Below the pieces are notes generated by a model, which was not told the origin of the DNA, did not search any database, and saw nothing but the letters and a program-made list of their open reading frames with translations. Of a stretch of DNA of 20,000 nt, positions 18,101 through 20,000 are shown one piece after another. Within the stretch, counting starts at the first letter, position 1. The number at the start of each line of letters is the position of its first letter. This DNA comes from an uncultured virus (IMG/VR IMGVR_UViG_2799112477_000001). Its lineage: Duplodnaviria > Heunggongvirae > Uroviricota > Caudoviricetes. A program made the translations under genes and the position numbers. Location: IMG/VR virus record IMGVR_UViG_2799112477_000001; one strand, written 5' to 3'.

Positions 18101-18442
18101 ATGGTAATGACAAGAATCAATGACAAGTATGATCTGTCGGCCTGCCAGGAAGAACCGGATGTGCTTGTGTTCGAACTGACACGTGCTATCCGCATGATAT
18201 CTCAGGACCTGGATCAGACTTATCCCGGCGATGCGAAGATCGTGATCTACAACGCCATATCTGACATGTACGACGCTCTCGGCAAGCAGTTCGAGAACCC
18301 TATGCAGGGCAAGTTCGACCAGTACCTCCAGTACTCACAGGAACGCATCAGCGACCGAGGCTGCTACGGGATCATATTCCCTGATGAGGAAGGAGGAAGC
18401 GGATGTCCGGATACAAATACAGACCCGAATTCGAGATCATAG
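18101..18442 (+). CDS. hypothetical protein
   Basis: 113-aa ORF with RBS AGAAAGGAG; overlaps the next gene. Confidence 0.7.
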   Translation: MVMTRINDKYDLSACQEEPDVLVFELTRAIRMISQDLDQTYPGDAKIVIYNAISDMYDALGKQFENPMQGKFDQYLQYSQERISDRGCYGIIFPDEEGGSGCPDTNTDPNSRS

Positions 18443-18639
18443 AATCTCTTGGGGTATTGGACATCAGAAAAAATGGCTGGAGAACAGAAGTAAATCTCAT
18501 ATCCTGGGACAAAGGCCCTCCTGTCATCGACATCCGTGACTGGCTTTTCGATCACAGCAGGAAGTCTAAGGGTGTCAACTTCACTGAAGCGCAGGCTGCT
18601 GCGTTAGCCGTGATCCTCAGCAGGAAATACAGCTCTTAG
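18403..18639 (+). CDS. PC4/YdbC-family ssDNA-binding protein (copy 1)
   Basis: 'FEIIESLGVL...GWRTEVNLISW....IDIRDW..DH....KGVNFT' YdbC signature. RBS GGAGG. Confidence 0.85.
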   Translation: MSGYKYRPEFEIIESLGVLDIRKNGWRTEVNLISWDKGPPVIDIRDWLFDHSRKSKGVNFTEAQAAALAVILSRKYSS

Positions 18640-18665
18640 CTTAGAGCCATGAATGGAGAAACGAT

Positions 18666-18887
18666 ATGGCAGACAATATCTCTTTTGAAATAAAGAAGCA
18701 TCTTGGGACCATATACACCAGCAGAAACGGCTGGCGAAAAGAGGTCAACATAGTCGCCTGGAACGGGAGCAAAGGAAAGATAGATATACGGACATGGTCA
18801 CCGGATCATGAGCACATGACAAAGGGCGTGACCCTTACAGAGAAAGAAGCAGCTAAGGTAGCAGAGATACTGAGCTCAGTGCTCTGA
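18666..18887 (+). CDS. PC4/YdbC-family ssDNA-binding protein (copy 2)
   Basis: 'FEIKKHLGTI...GWRKEVNIVAWNG...IDIRTWSPDH..MTKGVTLT' YdbC signature. RBS GGAG. Confidence 0.9.
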   Translation: MADNISFEIKKHLGTIYTSRNGWRKEVNIVAWNGSKGKIDIRTWSPDHEHMTKGVTLTEKEAAKVAEILSSVL

Positions 18888-18897
18888 GCCGGGCATC

Positions 18898-18942
18898 AAA
18901 AAAACAGCAGGGCGGACGATATGTCTTCCCTGCTGCTGTTTT
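18898..18942. terminator. bidirectional intrinsic terminator between the ydbC pair and mini-array 2
   Basis: Stem CAGCAGGG/CCCTGCTG with a T7 tail on the minus strand and a TTTT tail on the plus strand. Confidence 0.75.
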
Positions 18943-18997
18943 CCTGCACAAGATCTGAACCCCGATAACATCGTGTCAGACTTTTCATAGATGACGA

Positions 18998-19099
18998 ATC
19001 TACATTTTTCATATCTAGTAGAGATTTTGTTTCAGCGTTTCAGCAAGATTCTCAATGTCGGTAGCCGGGGATCATTTTATCTACGCTGTAGTAGAGATT
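18998..19099 (-). CRISPR. orphan Cas12a mini-array 2: two handle units (19079-19099, 18998-19026)
   Basis: TAATCTCTACTACAGCGTAGAT (near canonical, 6-nt loop) and AATCTCTACTAGATATGAAAAATGTAGAT (14-nt loop). The following sequences are AAAATGATCCCCGGCTACCGACATTG and TCGTCATCTATGAAAAGTCTGACACG. Confidence 0.75.
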
Positions 19100-19132
19100 A
19101 TCGTAGCGCACCACACTTCCATACTTGTCATT

Positions 19133-19161
19133 ATCTTAGCATGAGATAACCACATTGACAA
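19133..19161 (-). promoter_or_regulatory. promoter of mini-array 2
   Basis: TTGTCA-N17-TAAGAT with TGn extension, about 35 nt upstream of the first handle. Confidence 0.6.
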
Positions 19162-19191
19162 ACACTGCACCGCTACCTTCGTCAGCCCCTA

Positions 19192-19275
19192 TTTTGTACC
19201 AATTTAAACGTATCTCCGTTTTGTACCAAAATTGATTGAAGCAGCATCTTTCTTATGGTAGAATTTTTGTACCAA
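19192..19275 (+). repeat. putative res site: three TTTTGTACCAA repeats
   Basis: TTTTGTACCAA at 19192-19202, 19219-19229 and 19265-19275, plus an AAACG-N6-CGTTT inverted repeat, directly upstream of the resolvase. Confidence 0.6.
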
Positions 19276-19316
19276 TTATGACGGTCACTTGATTTGATAT
19301 TGAGAAGAGGTAAATA

Positions 19317-20000
19317 ATGGCAAAAAGGATATATGGCTATTGCAGAATCAGTACGCCAAAGCAATCTATAGACAGACAGATTCGAAATATACTCAAGGAT
19401 TACCCTGATGCGATCATCTATCAGGAGGAATTCACCGGAACCAAACTTGACAGGCCTAAATGGAACGCCCTGATGAGACAGATTCGACCTAATGACACTA
19501 TAGTGTTCGATTCTGTATCGAGAATGTCCAGGGATTCAGAAGAAGGGTTTAAGGTCTACGAGAAGCTGTTTTCTGATGGGGTAAATCTAGTGTACCTTAA
19601 GGAGCCACATATAAACACAGAAACATACAGAAAGGCTCTTGAGACGGGAGTGCCCCTTACAGGCACTGATGTGGACTATATACTTGAAGGTGTGAACAAG
19701 TATCTCATGTGTCTCGCTAAAGAGCAGATAAAGATAGCTTTCAATCAGTCAGAGAAGGAAGTCACGGATCTTCGCCAGAGAACCCGTGAAGGCATAGAGA
19801 CCGCCCGCAGAAACGGAAAGCAAATCGGTGCGGTCAAAGGCCGGAAGTTAACGACTAAGAAGTCTGTAGTGGCAAAAGAGATAATAAAGACCCACTGCAA
19901 GTCCTTCGGTGGCACCCTTTCTGACGCTGAGACAATGAAGCTTGCTGGGGTGACGAGGAACACTTACTACAAGTACAAGCGGGAACTGATGGGGAAGTAG
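19317..20000 (+). CDS. small serine recombinase (resolvase/invertase family)
   Basis: IYGYCRISTPKQSIDRQ (catalytic Ser), TGTKLDRP, DSVSRMSR, RTREGI...GKQIG and a C-terminal HTH. Confidence 0.93.
   Translation: MAKRIYGYCRISTPKQSIDRQIRNILKDYPDAIIYQEEFTGTKLDRPKWNALMRQIRPNDTIVFDSVSRMSRDSEEGFKVYEKLFSDGVNLVYLKEPHINTETYRKALETGVPLTGTDVDYILEGVNKYLMCLAKEQIKIAFNQSEKEVTDLRQRTREGIETARRNGKQIGAVKGRKLTTKKSVVAKEIIKTHCKSFGGTLSDAETMKLAGVTRNTYYKYKRELMGK

Overview
Accessory segment of a mobile element (prophage, phage-plasmid or ICE; probably from a Clostridia-type Bacillota host, which is an inference). Most genes are on the minus strand. From left to right: a cluster of aberrant tRNA-like genes and small phage-type ORFs under a consensus sigma-A promoter; an EndA-like membrane nuclease; an orphan 1217-aa Cas12a (Cpf1) with no cas1/cas2/cas4 in the window; small phage-type regulators (ArpU/RinA-like, Xre-HTH, two RHH); a type I R-M operon (hsdM-hsdS-[DUF262/DUF1524 GmrSD-like]-hsdR); two tandem PC4/YdbC ssDNA-binding genes; and a serine resolvase. 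The main finding is that the Cas12a has lost its RuvC-I catalytic Asp (GVSRGE, S832, equivalent to LbCas12a D832) but keeps the pre-crRNA-processing residues H759/K768/K785. It is accompanied by two non-canonical mini-arrays of AATCTCTAC-(variable loop)-GTAGAT handles. One lies just downstream of the gene (3404-3566). The other lies about 11.7 kb from cas12a (18998-19099) as a stand-alone unit with its own promoter and terminator, and that promoter shares a motif with the cas12a promoter. Together these suggest a naturally nuclease-dead, repurposed RNA-guided DNA-binding or regulatory Cas12a system. No guide targets could be identified within the window.
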